Sequence record: MF360958.1
DNA: 64,000 bases
Reading direction: 5' to 3' (one strand)
The position numbers and the translations under genes were made by a program. The notes below the pieces were generated by a model. The model was not told where the DNA came from and did not search any database. It saw nothing but the letters and a program-made list of their open reading frames with translations. Positions within the stretch are counted from its first letter, which is position 1. Every line of letters starts with the position of its first letter. Of the stretch, positions 31,138 to 40,413 are shown piece after piece.

Positions 31138-31617
31138 TTATTGAATTTCATATTCAACATAAAACGTAGAGCCATCTTCTACAATATCTGTGTGTTCATA
31201 TCCTAATCTAGTTAATTGTGCCGCAGAATCAGGACGTTCCAATTTACGTTGTAAAATCTCAAATGTTGATCGTTCAAATACAGAAAAGCGCATTGTTTTC
31301 ATACGATAACGATAACGTCTAATAATATCCACAGCCAATTCAAAACACTCTTCAAAATGATTCATAGCTTGACGAACATTATTTTCTTGTTTAAGTGTAT
31401 TCATGGAACCAATAATCATATCTTCGACGTTAGGACTTTTGCTACTTGTTAAAACACAATATCCTTCATAATACACAATAATTATGAGATAAAGGTTTTT
31501 TGTCTTTCGAATAACTGTATATATAGCTTTCTTTTCAGGAATATAGCTATATTCACTATTATTAAATTCGCCTTCATTGGTTCCATATTGACTTTCAAAA
31601 AGTTCAGTTATTTTCAC
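31138..31617 (-). CDS. hypothetical protein with MKITELFES leader
   Basis: GTG start; leader motif. Confidence 0.7.
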   Translation of the reverse strand: MKITELFESQYGTNEGEFNNSEYSYIPEKKAIYTVIRKTKNLYLIIIVYYEGYCVLTSSKSPNVEDMIIGSMNTLKQENNVRQAMNHFEECFELAVDIIRRYRYRMKTMRFSVFERSTFEILQRKLERPDSAAQLTRLGYEHTDIVEDGSTFYVEYEIQ

Positions 31618-31618
31618 A

Positions 31619-32416
31619 CTAAGATTCCCATAATTTTTTATATAATTCTTTAACTTTTTCTGTTGGATTATCTATATATTGTATACTAGGACCATACTCT
31701 TTCACTGCTGCTAATTGTACTTGCTCAGTTGGATTGTCGATGTCTATTATTGATAGACCATGATCATTCATTACTTCTATTTGTACTTCTTCCGGTGCGT
31801 TATTCAGATCCATGGTTTTTTCTATTCTATTAGCATAATCTTCATACATATCTAATAAATGCTGTTTTGATAATCCTGTTTGTTTCTTAAATTCACTCTC
31901 GTTTAATGTCTCATCTAATTCATTAAAGTATTCAAACATATTCTTTCTTTTTGAATATGAAGCCGCATATTTAATATTATTATTTTTCATATATATATAA
32001 AATAACACAATGTTTCTTGTATAAAAGTATCGATTAAATGTGTTATCTTTATCAGCAGCCGTACACCATTTAGTATTTTTCCCATAATAACAACTAGCAT
32101 CTTTAGTTAGAGGAATAACTACCATTTTTTCATCATCTTCGTGAACAATAATGGAATCTTTTTTCTTAGATTTATTTATTTCGCGTTTGGTTTTTTCTTG
32201 TGATTTACTGTCAACAAATTCTTTACATAGATTCCATCCTTGCTTAATCCAGTACCCTATATCTTTCTCTTGTCCTGATATAGTACCTGTATTGGATAAT
32301 TGTTTAAACGTATTGAGGTATTGGTTTACTTCTTCTTCAGATGCTTCTTGGGGAAACTTTGCTTGTGCATCTTTATAGGACTCGAATAAGTATTGTGTTA
32401 TGTGTTTTACTTTCAT
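31619..32416 (-). CDS. MKVKHITQYLFES-family protein (2 repeats plus cap)
   Basis: true start at 32416 by homology to the paralogues, AGGA RBS and late box at 32439-32446; the track extends to 32524. Confidence 0.85.
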   Translation of the reverse strand: MKVKHITQYLFESYKDAQAKFPQEASEEEVNQYLNTFKQLSNTGTISGQEKDIGYWIKQGWNLCKEFVDSKSQEKTKREINKSKKKDSIIVHEDDEKMVVIPLTKDASCYYGKNTKWCTAADKDNTFNRYFYTRNIVLFYIYMKNNNIKYAASYSKRKNMFEYFNELDETLNESEFKKQTGLSKQHLLDMYEDYANRIEKTMDLNNAPEEVQIEVMNDHGLSIIDIDNPTEQVQLAAVKEYGPSIQYIDNPTEKVKELYKKLWES

Positions 32417-32480
32417 GAGATACATTTCCTGTTTGAAGTATTTATTGAATTGTTCACCAATAAATAATATAAAAATGATA

Positions 32481-32508
32481 TTGACAACACGATCATTTTT
32501 ACGTAAAA
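32481..32508 (+). promoter_or_regulatory. sigma70-type promoter for the sigma-factor operon
   Basis: TTGACA-16 bp-TAAAAT. Confidence 0.5.
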
Positions 32509-32542
32509 TTTGAAGAATATCCACAGCTATTCAGGAGTTATT

Positions 32543-32782
32543 ATGGAACATTATGGTGATACCAATACAACTGAAGATAATTCTATAATTACTCTTCTCA
32601 TCCTAAGTTTTATAATGGGTGTTGTATTCCATACATACGGTGGTAAAATCACAGGCAGTGATTTGTTGGAAAAAGAATCACAAAAAACATATGTTAGTGA
32701 ATCTGGTACAAGAATTATAAACAAAACCTCCAAATCAACACTGAAGCAAAAAACATATCCAAAATCTATTTTTGACAAATAA
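32543..32782 (+). CDS. small membrane-anchored protein
   Basis: AGGAG RBS before ATG 32543; one TM segment. Confidence 0.65.
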   Translation: MEHYGDTNTTEDNSIITLLILSFIMGVVFHTYGGKITGSDLLEKESQKTYVSESGTRIINKTSKSTLKQKTYPKSIFDK

Positions 32783-32799
32783 AACTATAGGAGTTGTGT

Positions 32800-33648
32800 A
32801 TGAATAACATCATTCCCGTATGCAGCAATGATGAAGAATTTATTAAATCTATTATGAAAATTTCCACGCCTGATCGTGAAACAGAACAAAGTATGTTTAA
32901 ATATTGGAACGAAACAGGTGATCAAGAAACAGCCCGGAGCATTGTTCTATCTCATATGAAATTTGTAGTCCATATTGCTTCTAATTATAAATATCATGGC
33001 ATTCCCCAAGCAGAACTTATCCAGCAAGGTTCCATTGGGCTTATGAAAGCATTGGAACGTTTTGATGTTTCAAAGGGTTGGCGTTTTGCAACTTATGCAG
33101 CTCATTGGATTAAATATGCAATATCTGAATTTGTTATTACTAATGTAAAAACATTGAAAATTGCAACAACAAAACCCCAACGCAAATTGTTTTACAATCT
33201 TAATCGTTATATTTCTGATGGTAGCCGTTGGCTGAATTATGATGAAAAACAATACATTGCTGATGAACTTGATGTGAAAATTTCAGACGTTGAAACTATG
33301 GAAGAACGTTTAAAACAAAAAGAATATTATGTTACCTACATGGATAGTGACCAAGAAGATCAATGGGATGGTCAGGCATATAAAGAATCGTGGTTAGCTG
33401 ATGGTAATGAAAGTTTAGAAGATCAATACATTGAAACTGTTGATAATAATAAACAAATTCAATTAATGAGAAATCAAATGAATCAGCTTAATGATCGTGA
33501 TCGGTATATTATTGAAAGAAGGCATATTGATGAGGATAAAGCTACTCTCAATGAATTGGCTGAAATTTATGATGTATCATGTGAACGAGTACGCCAGCTT
33601 GAAAATAATGCTCTAAAGAAATTGAGAAAAGCTTTAACAACACAATAA
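32800..33648 (+). CDS. rpoH: RNA polymerase sigma factor, RpoH (sigma-32)-like
   Basis: region 2.1 LSHMKFVVHIASNY; 2.2 ELIQQGSIGLMKA; RpoH box IATTKPQRKLFYNL; region 4.2 TLNELAEIYDVSCERVRQLE. Confidence 0.9.
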   Translation: MNNIIPVCSNDEEFIKSIMKISTPDRETEQSMFKYWNETGDQETARSIVLSHMKFVVHIASNYKYHGIPQAELIQQGSIGLMKALERFDVSKGWRFATYAAHWIKYAISEFVITNVKTLKIATTKPQRKLFYNLNRYISDGSRWLNYDEKQYIADELDVKISDVETMEERLKQKEYYVTYMDSDQEDQWDGQAYKESWLADGNESLEDQYIETVDNNKQIQLMRNQMNQLNDRDRYIIERRHIDEDKATLNELAEIYDVSCERVRQLENNALKKLRKALTTQ

Positions 33649-33676
33649 TAAAGCCAGCATTAATGCTGGCTTTATT
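33647..33676. terminator. bidirectional terminator between convergent genes
   Basis: 30-bp perfect palindrome AATAAAGCCAGCATTAATGCTGGCTTTATT. Confidence 0.85.
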
Positions 33677-34812
33677 TATACTAGATCTAGTATACTCGTG
33701 GCTTTTGTCTCTCTGCTTATACCGTATTTTTCCAATGTATTACCAACTTTAATATTTAAATCGTTTTGAAATTCATCACTTATTACACCTTTATGTTTAT
33801 TACTTTCAGACATTTGTTTTACAATTTCCAATGTCAACAATGATCTTAAATACTTATTATTTTTGGTAGTAAATGAAGTGGATGAATAGTATATTTCTTC
33901 ATCAATGCTTACCGAAATAAAATTAGCATCGTATTGAAAAGTTCCAGTATTAATTTGGCGTTTATCACCTTTAATGGTTATTTTTACAGGTAACGTATAA
34001 CGTTGAATCACTTTTCCATTATCCATATGATTGGTGTAGCCTTCTTCAATACCTAATGGTGTTATCTCATAAGTCGTATATTGTGTTGGAAAACTTATAC
34101 TAAGTTCTTGTTCCAGTTGTTCTATATCAACAGCGTCCGATTCAAGTTTGTTTCTAAATTCAATCAGTGTTTTTTCAGTAGGTTCTTTTAATTCATTATC
34201 ACGATATTGTACTTCAACGATTACTCTAGTTTTTCGATTTGCAATAATGGCATACTTATCATAGCGTGTATGAATAATGTATATATCGTGAACTTCATTA
34301 TACGTTTCAAAATGGTTATCACTTCCTCGGGATGAAATACACCATCTTGTTTCAGAACCTAAGTGACATGATGCTTCTTTGGTATGAGGCTTAACCACTT
34401 TCCAATCATCACCTTTAGTTACTAGTTTATATTCTGATTTAAGTTCTTTTTCATAACGTTTTTGTTCAATACGAGACTCCCAATTAATGAGAGTTTCGAT
34501 AATTAAACTATGAAATGCATCCAATCGTTGTAAAACCTCATCTTGTTCTACAGATTTGTTGAGATATTTTGTCCACATGCTGGCATCTTTTGCCTTATCC
34601 GGCGCTTTACTTCCACCACTTATTACTAATAGAATATTACTTTTAACTAATTTAGAAAAAATATCGACAGGATGTTGATCTTTTATACCCATATCGTTAG
34701 CATGACTTCGAATATCATTTAATGTATTGTCAAAATTGTACTCATTGGCAATATTATCATATGCGTTTTTAAGATCTTTGTAATTTTCAAATAAAATATG
34801 CTTTACTTTCAT
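33676..34812 (-). CDS. divergent WC-domain protein with MKVKHILFEN leader
   Basis: VVKPHTKEASCHLGSETRWCISS aligns with VIPLTKDASCYYGKNTKWCT; late box at 34839-34846. Confidence 0.75.
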   Translation of the reverse strand: MKVKHILFENYKDLKNAYDNIANEYNFDNTLNDIRSHANDMGIKDQHPVDIFSKLVKSNILLVISGGSKAPDKAKDASMWTKYLNKSVEQDEVLQRLDAFHSLIIETLINWESRIEQKRYEKELKSEYKLVTKGDDWKVVKPHTKEASCHLGSETRWCISSRGSDNHFETYNEVHDIYIIHTRYDKYAIIANRKTRVIVEVQYRDNELKEPTEKTLIEFRNKLESDAVDIEQLEQELSISFPTQYTTYEITPLGIEEGYTNHMDNGKVIQRYTLPVKITIKGDKRQINTGTFQYDANFISVSIDEEIYYSSTSFTTKNNKYLRSLLTLEIVKQMSESNKHKGVISDEFQNDLNIKVGNTLEKYGISRETKATSILDLV

Positions 34813-34856
34813 GAACTTATTCCAATGTGTATATGAATTATTTATCTAAAAAAAGT

Positions 34857-34885
34857 TTGACAACAGTGTTATTTTTTCCTATAAT
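34857..34885 (+). promoter_or_regulatory. consensus sigma70 promoter
   Basis: TTGACA-17 bp-TATAAT, with an A-tract upstream. Confidence 0.85.
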
Positions 34886-34910
34886 GGGTACATATTGTTA
34901 AGGAGATCTT

Positions 34911-36095
34911 GTGATGACTACTTATACCGCCAATATTCCTTCTGAAAACATTACAAAACTTACAAACGAAATCGGTAAGCTCAACAAAAAAGCTGTAAAG
35001 CTTGGCTGTGATGAAATCGATGTTCATCTTGGCGAAAAGTCTTACAAGAAAATCACCAACAACTCTGTAGAAGAAAGTAACTCTTATCGCGAATACATTG
35101 AGATCACTATTGAAGGCCCTACGCCTACTTTTAGCGGTTGGACTTTCCTTAGTCGTATTGAACATACCGACAGCGGTAACATCATTGCAAAGTACAACTT
35201 CGCAGATGGTATCGACATTCCTCATGAGTATCACCATACTGATGAAAAGCTCTGTGAACATTGTAATACTCGTCGTCATCGTAATAACACCTATCTGGTT
35301 GTTCACGAAGATGGTGAAATTAAGCAAGTAGGTAGCAACTGCCTTAAAGATTTCCTTGGTTTCAATTCTCCCGAACGTGTCCTGAACATTTGCACCATGA
35401 TCAGCGAGCATATCAGCAATGCTGAAAATGATGGTGATACTTATGCAGGTTCTTCTCAGGTTGTACCTATGTATTATGTTCCTGAAGTTCTCGCATATGC
35501 TGATTCACTTATTGAGCGTGAAGGTTTTCGTAATGCGCGTCATGATGATCCTACAGGTGGTATTGTTGAAAACGCTCTTAACGATCCTCTTAAATTTAAA
35601 AAGATTATGGGTGTTGATGAAATCGAACAGCGCAACTATGACAAAGCTCATAATGTTATTGACTGGTTTGCTTCTGAGCCTATTAAGGAAGATGATAGCG
35701 AATACATTATTAACCTCAAGGTAGCTATTAATGAAGGTTATATTTCGCATCGTAACATCAATCTTGTTGTGAGTGCTGTCCATGTTTACAATAAGCAAAT
35801 GGATAAGATCAAGCAAAACAAAAAGCCTTCCGAGCATCTTGGAAATATTGGTGACCGCATGAATTTTGGTCAGTGTGAAATTATTTTCATCCATTGTTTC
35901 AAAACTCAATTTGGAACTTCTATGCTTATCAAATTCCGTGATGAAGACGGTAATATGATTGCGTGGTTCTCTAGTCGTGTACGGGATGTTAAGAAAGGTG
36001 ATGTATACAACCTCATGGCTACTGTTAAGAATCATGATGAATATAAAAGTGTTAAGGAAACTGTTGTGAAGAATGCTAAACTTCACGAAGTATAA
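34911..36095 (+). CDS. phage early-type protein with CEHC zinc-finger-like motif and C-terminal OB-fold-like domain
   Basis: LCEHCNTRRHRN..QVGSNCLKDF; EHLGNIGDR..WFSS..TVK.H.EY..VKET; AAGGAG RBS; host-like codons. Confidence 0.65.
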   Translation: MMTTYTANIPSENITKLTNEIGKLNKKAVKLGCDEIDVHLGEKSYKKITNNSVEESNSYREYIEITIEGPTPTFSGWTFLSRIEHTDSGNIIAKYNFADGIDIPHEYHHTDEKLCEHCNTRRHRNNTYLVVHEDGEIKQVGSNCLKDFLGFNSPERVLNICTMISEHISNAENDGDTYAGSSQVVPMYYVPEVLAYADSLIEREGFRNARHDDPTGGIVENALNDPLKFKKIMGVDEIEQRNYDKAHNVIDWFASEPIKEDDSEYIINLKVAINEGYISHRNINLVVSAVHVYNKQMDKIKQNKKPSEHLGNIGDRMNFGQCEIIFIHCFKTQFGTSMLIKFRDEDGNMIAWFSSRVRDVKKGDVYNLMATVKNHDEYKSVKETVVKNAKLHEV

Positions 36096-36101
36096 TAATT
36101 A

Positions 36102-36139
36102 GATACCAAAGGTTGATAGTAGACACAGCCTCTGGTATC
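36102..36139. other. intergenic hairpin
   Basis: GATACCA.AGGTTG / CAGCCT.TGGTATC 14-bp stem with one mismatch and one wobble; no T-tract. Confidence 0.45.
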
Positions 36140-36164
36140 ATTTGTTCATATTTGGAGTATTGTA

Positions 36165-36446
36165 ATGGCTAAAGACGAACAGAATTGTCTCTATAAATCT
36201 CAGGATAAATGGCTCAATGGTGTCATTGGTGGTATTTGTGAACATTATGATTGGGATAAAAATTTAGGCCGTATTCTGGTTATTATTGCAATGATTGCCG
36301 GATTATGTGGTGTTGTTATTATCACATATATTGCTTTGATGTTTTTTATGACTGATCCAGAAAACGATAATGAACAACAAAACAATGATGATCAAAATGA
36401 TGAGCATTATTGCGAAACTGATGAGTATGACGATGGTAAGGTATAA
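36165..36446 (+). CDS. pspC: PspC-domain membrane protein
   Basis: LYKSQDKWLNGVIGGICEHY..GRIL..TM..YIA..FFM matches the PspC N-terminal domain pattern. Confidence 0.75.
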   Translation: MAKDEQNCLYKSQDKWLNGVIGGICEHYDWDKNLGRILVIIAMIAGLCGVVIITYIALMFFMTDPENDNEQQNNDDQNDEHYCETDEYDDGKV

Positions 36447-36448
36447 GT

Positions 36449-36661
36449 ATGAAATTAGGTCACTATTTTGTTAAAAAGTATGAATATTATTACAATGATA
36501 CTGTGTGTTATGAAACAAAGTTTCTTTGGTTTCCTACAGTTGTAGGAGACTTTTTCAAAGACGGTATTGAACTAAGATGGTTGGGTTGGGGAAGAATCTA
36601 CTGGTTATGGAATGTAACCTATGGTTGGCATAAAATTCGTTTCACAGAAGATGAACAATAA
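36449..36661 (+). CDS. small Trp-rich hypothetical protein
   Basis: ORF in the operon; AAGG RBS. Confidence 0.65.
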   Translation: MKLGHYFVKKYEYYYNDTVCYETKFLWFPTVVGDFFKDGIELRWLGWGRIYWLWNVTYGWHKIRFTEDEQ

Positions 36662-36673
36662 TAAGGTTAATTT

Positions 36674-37420
36674 ATGAGATATGATCTATACGGATTCGTA
36701 AATACCGATAATGATAATTGTCTGTATTTCGATGATTGCGATAAGACTTATAAACAAAAAGATATTATTTCTAGTTACAGATCACGCGACCTTTATGTTC
36801 ATCTATACAGTAACTGGATGAGTGCAAAAATAAAAAATCTTCATAAACAATATGACGTTATTACTCTTGTAATGGATCATGAAACGTTAAATCATTATCA
36901 AGAGAATAATTATATTAATAAAATTCTATCAGAAATGTCGAAAAATGAAAAAAATGACGCAGCGCGTTTGAATATCATTTCAATGCATCAAAACGCAGGT
37001 AATGGTGCATTTAGTACATATTGTATATTTTATTTTCGTTCAAATGATGATCGTCCATCTCTACAAAATTATTACACACTATGTTCATATCAAGATAATA
37101 CAAAGGAAGATGCTTTTATTCATTGTGAACAAGCACTAAAAGCTAATTGTGCGAATGAATCAAAAACTCATTGTGTTATTACAATGGGTCATGGCTTGGT
37201 CTTTGAAAAGTATAAGGAAACTCAATATGAAGGATTCTTTCGTGCAACGTTGAAAGAAAGTTTTAATGAATCAAAAGGAAAATTTGAACTATCATTCCCG
37301 CAAGGCGTTCATAACAGTTTTACGGAACACGATGACAAATTCATTAACCTAACAACCTATAAGCAACCGCCTGTTGAAGATTTATATGATAGAGAATTTG
37401 ATGAAGATTGGGTTGGCTAA
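36674..37420 (+). CDS. hypothetical protein (248 aa)
   Basis: ORF in the operon; AAGG RBS. Confidence 0.75.
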   Translation: MRYDLYGFVNTDNDNCLYFDDCDKTYKQKDIISSYRSRDLYVHLYSNWMSAKIKNLHKQYDVITLVMDHETLNHYQENNYINKILSEMSKNEKNDAARLNIISMHQNAGNGAFSTYCIFYFRSNDDRPSLQNYYTLCSYQDNTKEDAFIHCEQALKANCANESKTHCVITMGHGLVFEKYKETQYEGFFRATLKESFNESKGKFELSFPQGVHNSFTEHDDKFINLTTYKQPPVEDLYDREFDEDWVG

Positions 37421-37421
37421 A

Positions 37422-38756
37422 TTATTTTTTCAACGATTGAACAAAATCGTCTAAATCATTCATTTCATCTTTTTGTACATCATCAGGATTAGTGTATGAT
37501 TTTTGAGTTAATTTCTCGTATTGTTTTATAACTTTATCACTAGGGTTTTCAATGTTTGCTATAATTTTTGGATATTCTTTAACAGCTTCTAACTGTATCT
37601 TTTCCGAAGGATTATCTATATAATTTATAGACCATGGATTTTGTTTTACTGCTTCTAGTTGTATTCGTTCTGTAGGGTTATTTATAAATCTAATATTTGA
37701 GCTATCTCGTTTCACTGCTTCTAACTGTATTTTTTCAGAAGGATTATCTATAAATCTAATATTTGAGCTATCACGTTTTACTGCTTCTAATTGAACTTCT
37801 TCTGAAGGATTATCTATGAACTGAATATTTTCACCATTATATTTAACAGCTTTCATTTTCATTTCTTCTGTAGGATTATCTATAAATCGAATACTAGGTC
37901 CACTTTGTGTAACAGCTTTCATTTTCATTTCTTCTGTAGGATTATCTATAAAATCTATAGATGATGGTTTATTTTTTATAGCTTCTAATTTGACATCATC
38001 TGATGGATTTTTTATTTGTTTTATTATAAGACCGTCTTCTTTTACTGCTTCGAGTTGTAGTTTTTCAGAAGGATTCTTTATACTAGGAAATTTATTAATA
38101 TTTAGTTGTATAATATTTAATTGATCTTCTTCCGAAGCATTATTAATATCTCTCATACTTTCTATTTTTTCTTCATTTTCATTATACCATATATATAATT
38201 CATCAGTAGTTATATCTGTTTGTTTTTTAAATTGACTTTCATCTATACCTTCATCCATATTATTAAAGTATTCAAATTTATTCAACATTTTTGAGTATAC
38301 AGCAGCAAATTTTTCATTATTAGTTTTCATATATACATAAAACAATACAATGTTTTTAAGATAAAAGTATTCATTAAATTTGTTATTTTCATTACCGGAA
38401 GTACACCATTTAGTATTTTTTCCGTAATAACAACTAGCATCTTTAGTCAGAGGAATAACTACCATTTTCTCATTATCTTCGTGAGCAATGATAGAATCTT
38501 TTTTCTTAGATTTCTTTACTTCACTTTTACTTTTCTCTTGAGATTTACTATCCACGAATTCCTTAAATGAATTCCAGCCTTGTTTAATCCAATACCCTAT
38601 ATCTTTCTCTTGTCCTGATACTGTGCCTTTCTTAGCTAATTGCTTAAAGGTATCAAGGTATTGCTTCACTTCTTCCTCAGATGCTTCTTGAGCAAATTTT
38701 GATTGGGCATCTTTATAGGACTCGAATAAGTATTGTGTTATATGTTTAATTTTCAT
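37422..38756 (-). CDS. MKVKHITQYLFES-family protein (9 regular 22-aa repeats)
   Basis: shared N-module; repeats SIxFIDNPSExxQLEAVK; 37844-37886 = 37910-37952 exact 43 bp at a 66-nt period. Confidence 0.9.
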   Translation of the reverse strand: MKIKHITQYLFESYKDAQSKFAQEASEEEVKQYLDTFKQLAKKGTVSGQEKDIGYWIKQGWNSFKEFVDSKSQEKSKSEVKKSKKKDSIIAHEDNEKMVVIPLTKDASCYYGKNTKWCTSGNENNKFNEYFYLKNIVLFYVYMKTNNEKFAAVYSKMLNKFEYFNNMDEGIDESQFKKQTDITTDELYIWYNENEEKIESMRDINNASEEDQLNIIQLNINKFPSIKNPSEKLQLEAVKEDGLIIKQIKNPSDDVKLEAIKNKPSSIDFIDNPTEEMKMKAVTQSGPSIRFIDNPTEEMKMKAVKYNGENIQFIDNPSEEVQLEAVKRDSSNIRFIDNPSEKIQLEAVKRDSSNIRFINNPTERIQLEAVKQNPWSINYIDNPSEKIQLEAVKEYPKIIANIENPSDKVIKQYEKLTQKSYTNPDDVQKDEMNDLDDFVQSLKK

Positions 38757-38757
38757 T

Positions 38758-40401
38758 TTATGATTCGCCTGTTTTAATAAAATCTTTTACATCTTTTAAT
38801 AACTCATCGGATATTGGATATAATAAACCATCCAATACTTCTTTTTGTTTTTCTAAAACAGATTTTTTAAATATACTGAGTTGATCTTTATTATTCTCAC
38901 CAATAATGTGTTTAATAATATATTTAATCATTGATAGTTTTAAATCGTCTGTTATTTTATCCAATAATTTAATCAACGGTAGATAACTGTTTAGATTATC
39001 TTCAACATTACGGAGCATCTGATCATTAAATTCTATGTTAATACTATCCTTTTTCATAGATTTTATACTATCAACGACTTGTTTAATATATTTCTCCATA
39101 TCAACCGGAGTATTAGATTCTATTATAGACTTGGCAATATAATCTATATTGCTATTATTGATAATTTTATAATCAACAAGTTTTTCAAATGTAAGATATT
39201 TACTGTCTAAAATAAAAAATAATTTATCAATTTGCTTATTCCTTTTAGAATAATTTGAAAAATGTGATTCTAATATATTAATTAAATTGTTATCTATTAA
39301 ATCATTTTTTATTAAATATACTAGCAATCTTAACGTATCATTTTCCAATGATTCTTTTAATAATGATTCTTTATCTGAAACATACTCATAAGCGTTTCTC
39401 CAAATTAAATTTCTAAGGAAGTCATATTCACTATAAATCTTATGATTCTTAGAATGGTCAATGAAGCTTAATATATTGTTTTCATTAGAGTTTTCAAAAA
39501 ATAATTCTTTTATAGGTTCAAAATTAACATTTGCTGGACTCATATTTTCTATACTAAATAACAAATAATTATCAATCATGCCAAAAATGTATTCCGTAGA
39601 GGTATGTTTTATATTATTCCATAATGAATTGATTTTTTTACTTAAATAACTATTATAAATTAATCTAAAACTAGCTCGTTTATCTTTAGAAATATTATAA
39701 ATTAGATCATCATCAACATTATCCAACTCATAGAATAAACTACTATCTTCTTTAATTAGATCAACTTTATCACTAGTAGAAGCGGAACTAATATCCATTG
39801 ATTTCATAATTGTTTGTTTATATTCATTAAACAGTTTACGCAAATAATCATCATCAATAGATGTAAATTGTTTGAATTGTTTTTGAGAAATAGATTTATC
39901 CATCTCATTAAAGAATTCAAATTTATCAACTTCTTGAGAATATGCACCAGCATATTTTTTTCCTGATTTTTTTATAAACACATAAAACAATACAATATTC
40001 TTTAAATAAAAATAATTTGCAAACTCATTATCTTCATCACCTGCGGTACACCATTTAGTATTCTTTCCGTAATAACAACTCGAATCTTTACTTAAAGGAA
40101 TAACCACTATTTTTTTGTCATCATCATGAGCAATAATAGATTCGCTTTTTTTACTTTTCTTTACCTGTGATTTAGATTTTTCCTGCGACTTGCTATCCAC
40201 GAATTCCTTGAACAAATTCCATCCTTGCTTGATCCAATACCCTATATCTTTCTCTTGTCCTGATACTGTGCCTTTCTTAGCTAATTGCTTAAAGGTATCG
40301 AGGTATTGCTTCACTTCTTCCTCAGAAGCTTCTTGAGCAAACTTTGCTTGTGCATCCTTATAGGACTCAAATAAGTATTGTGTTATATGTGTAACTTTCA
40401 T
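38758..40401 (-). CDS. MKVKHITQYLFES-family protein with an unrelated helical C-terminal tail
   Basis: shared N-module with a 68-bp DNA stretch identical to 37422..38756; no NP repeats in the tail. Confidence 0.9.
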   Translation of the reverse strand: MKVTHITQYLFESYKDAQAKFAQEASEEEVKQYLDTFKQLAKKGTVSGQEKDIGYWIKQGWNLFKEFVDSKSQEKSKSQVKKSKKSESIIAHDDDKKIVVIPLSKDSSCYYGKNTKWCTAGDEDNEFANYFYLKNIVLFYVFIKKSGKKYAGAYSQEVDKFEFFNEMDKSISQKQFKQFTSIDDDYLRKLFNEYKQTIMKSMDISSASTSDKVDLIKEDSSLFYELDNVDDDLIYNISKDKRASFRLIYNSYLSKKINSLWNNIKHTSTEYIFGMIDNYLLFSIENMSPANVNFEPIKELFFENSNENNILSFIDHSKNHKIYSEYDFLRNLIWRNAYEYVSDKESLLKESLENDTLRLLVYLIKNDLIDNNLINILESHFSNYSKRNKQIDKLFFILDSKYLTFEKLVDYKIINNSNIDYIAKSIIESNTPVDMEKYIKQVVDSIKSMKKDSINIEFNDQMLRNVEDNLNSYLPLIKLLDKITDDLKLSMIKYIIKHIIGENNKDQLSIFKKSVLEKQKEVLDGLLYPISDELLKDVKDFIKTGES

Positions 40402-40413
40402 TTTACATATGCC

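Noticed and set aside
31619-32524. Track start at 32524 (MDILQILR...) for the third family member
   Set aside because: The extension overlaps the divergent promoter region; paralogue alignment, RBS and late box place the start at 32416.
34869-36086. Long antisense and alternative-frame ORFs over 34911..36095 (also over rnlA at 43325-44056 and clpA at 57152-59366)
   Set aside because: Explained by the higher GC and regular codon usage of the real genes, which lowers off-frame stop frequency; no start signals.
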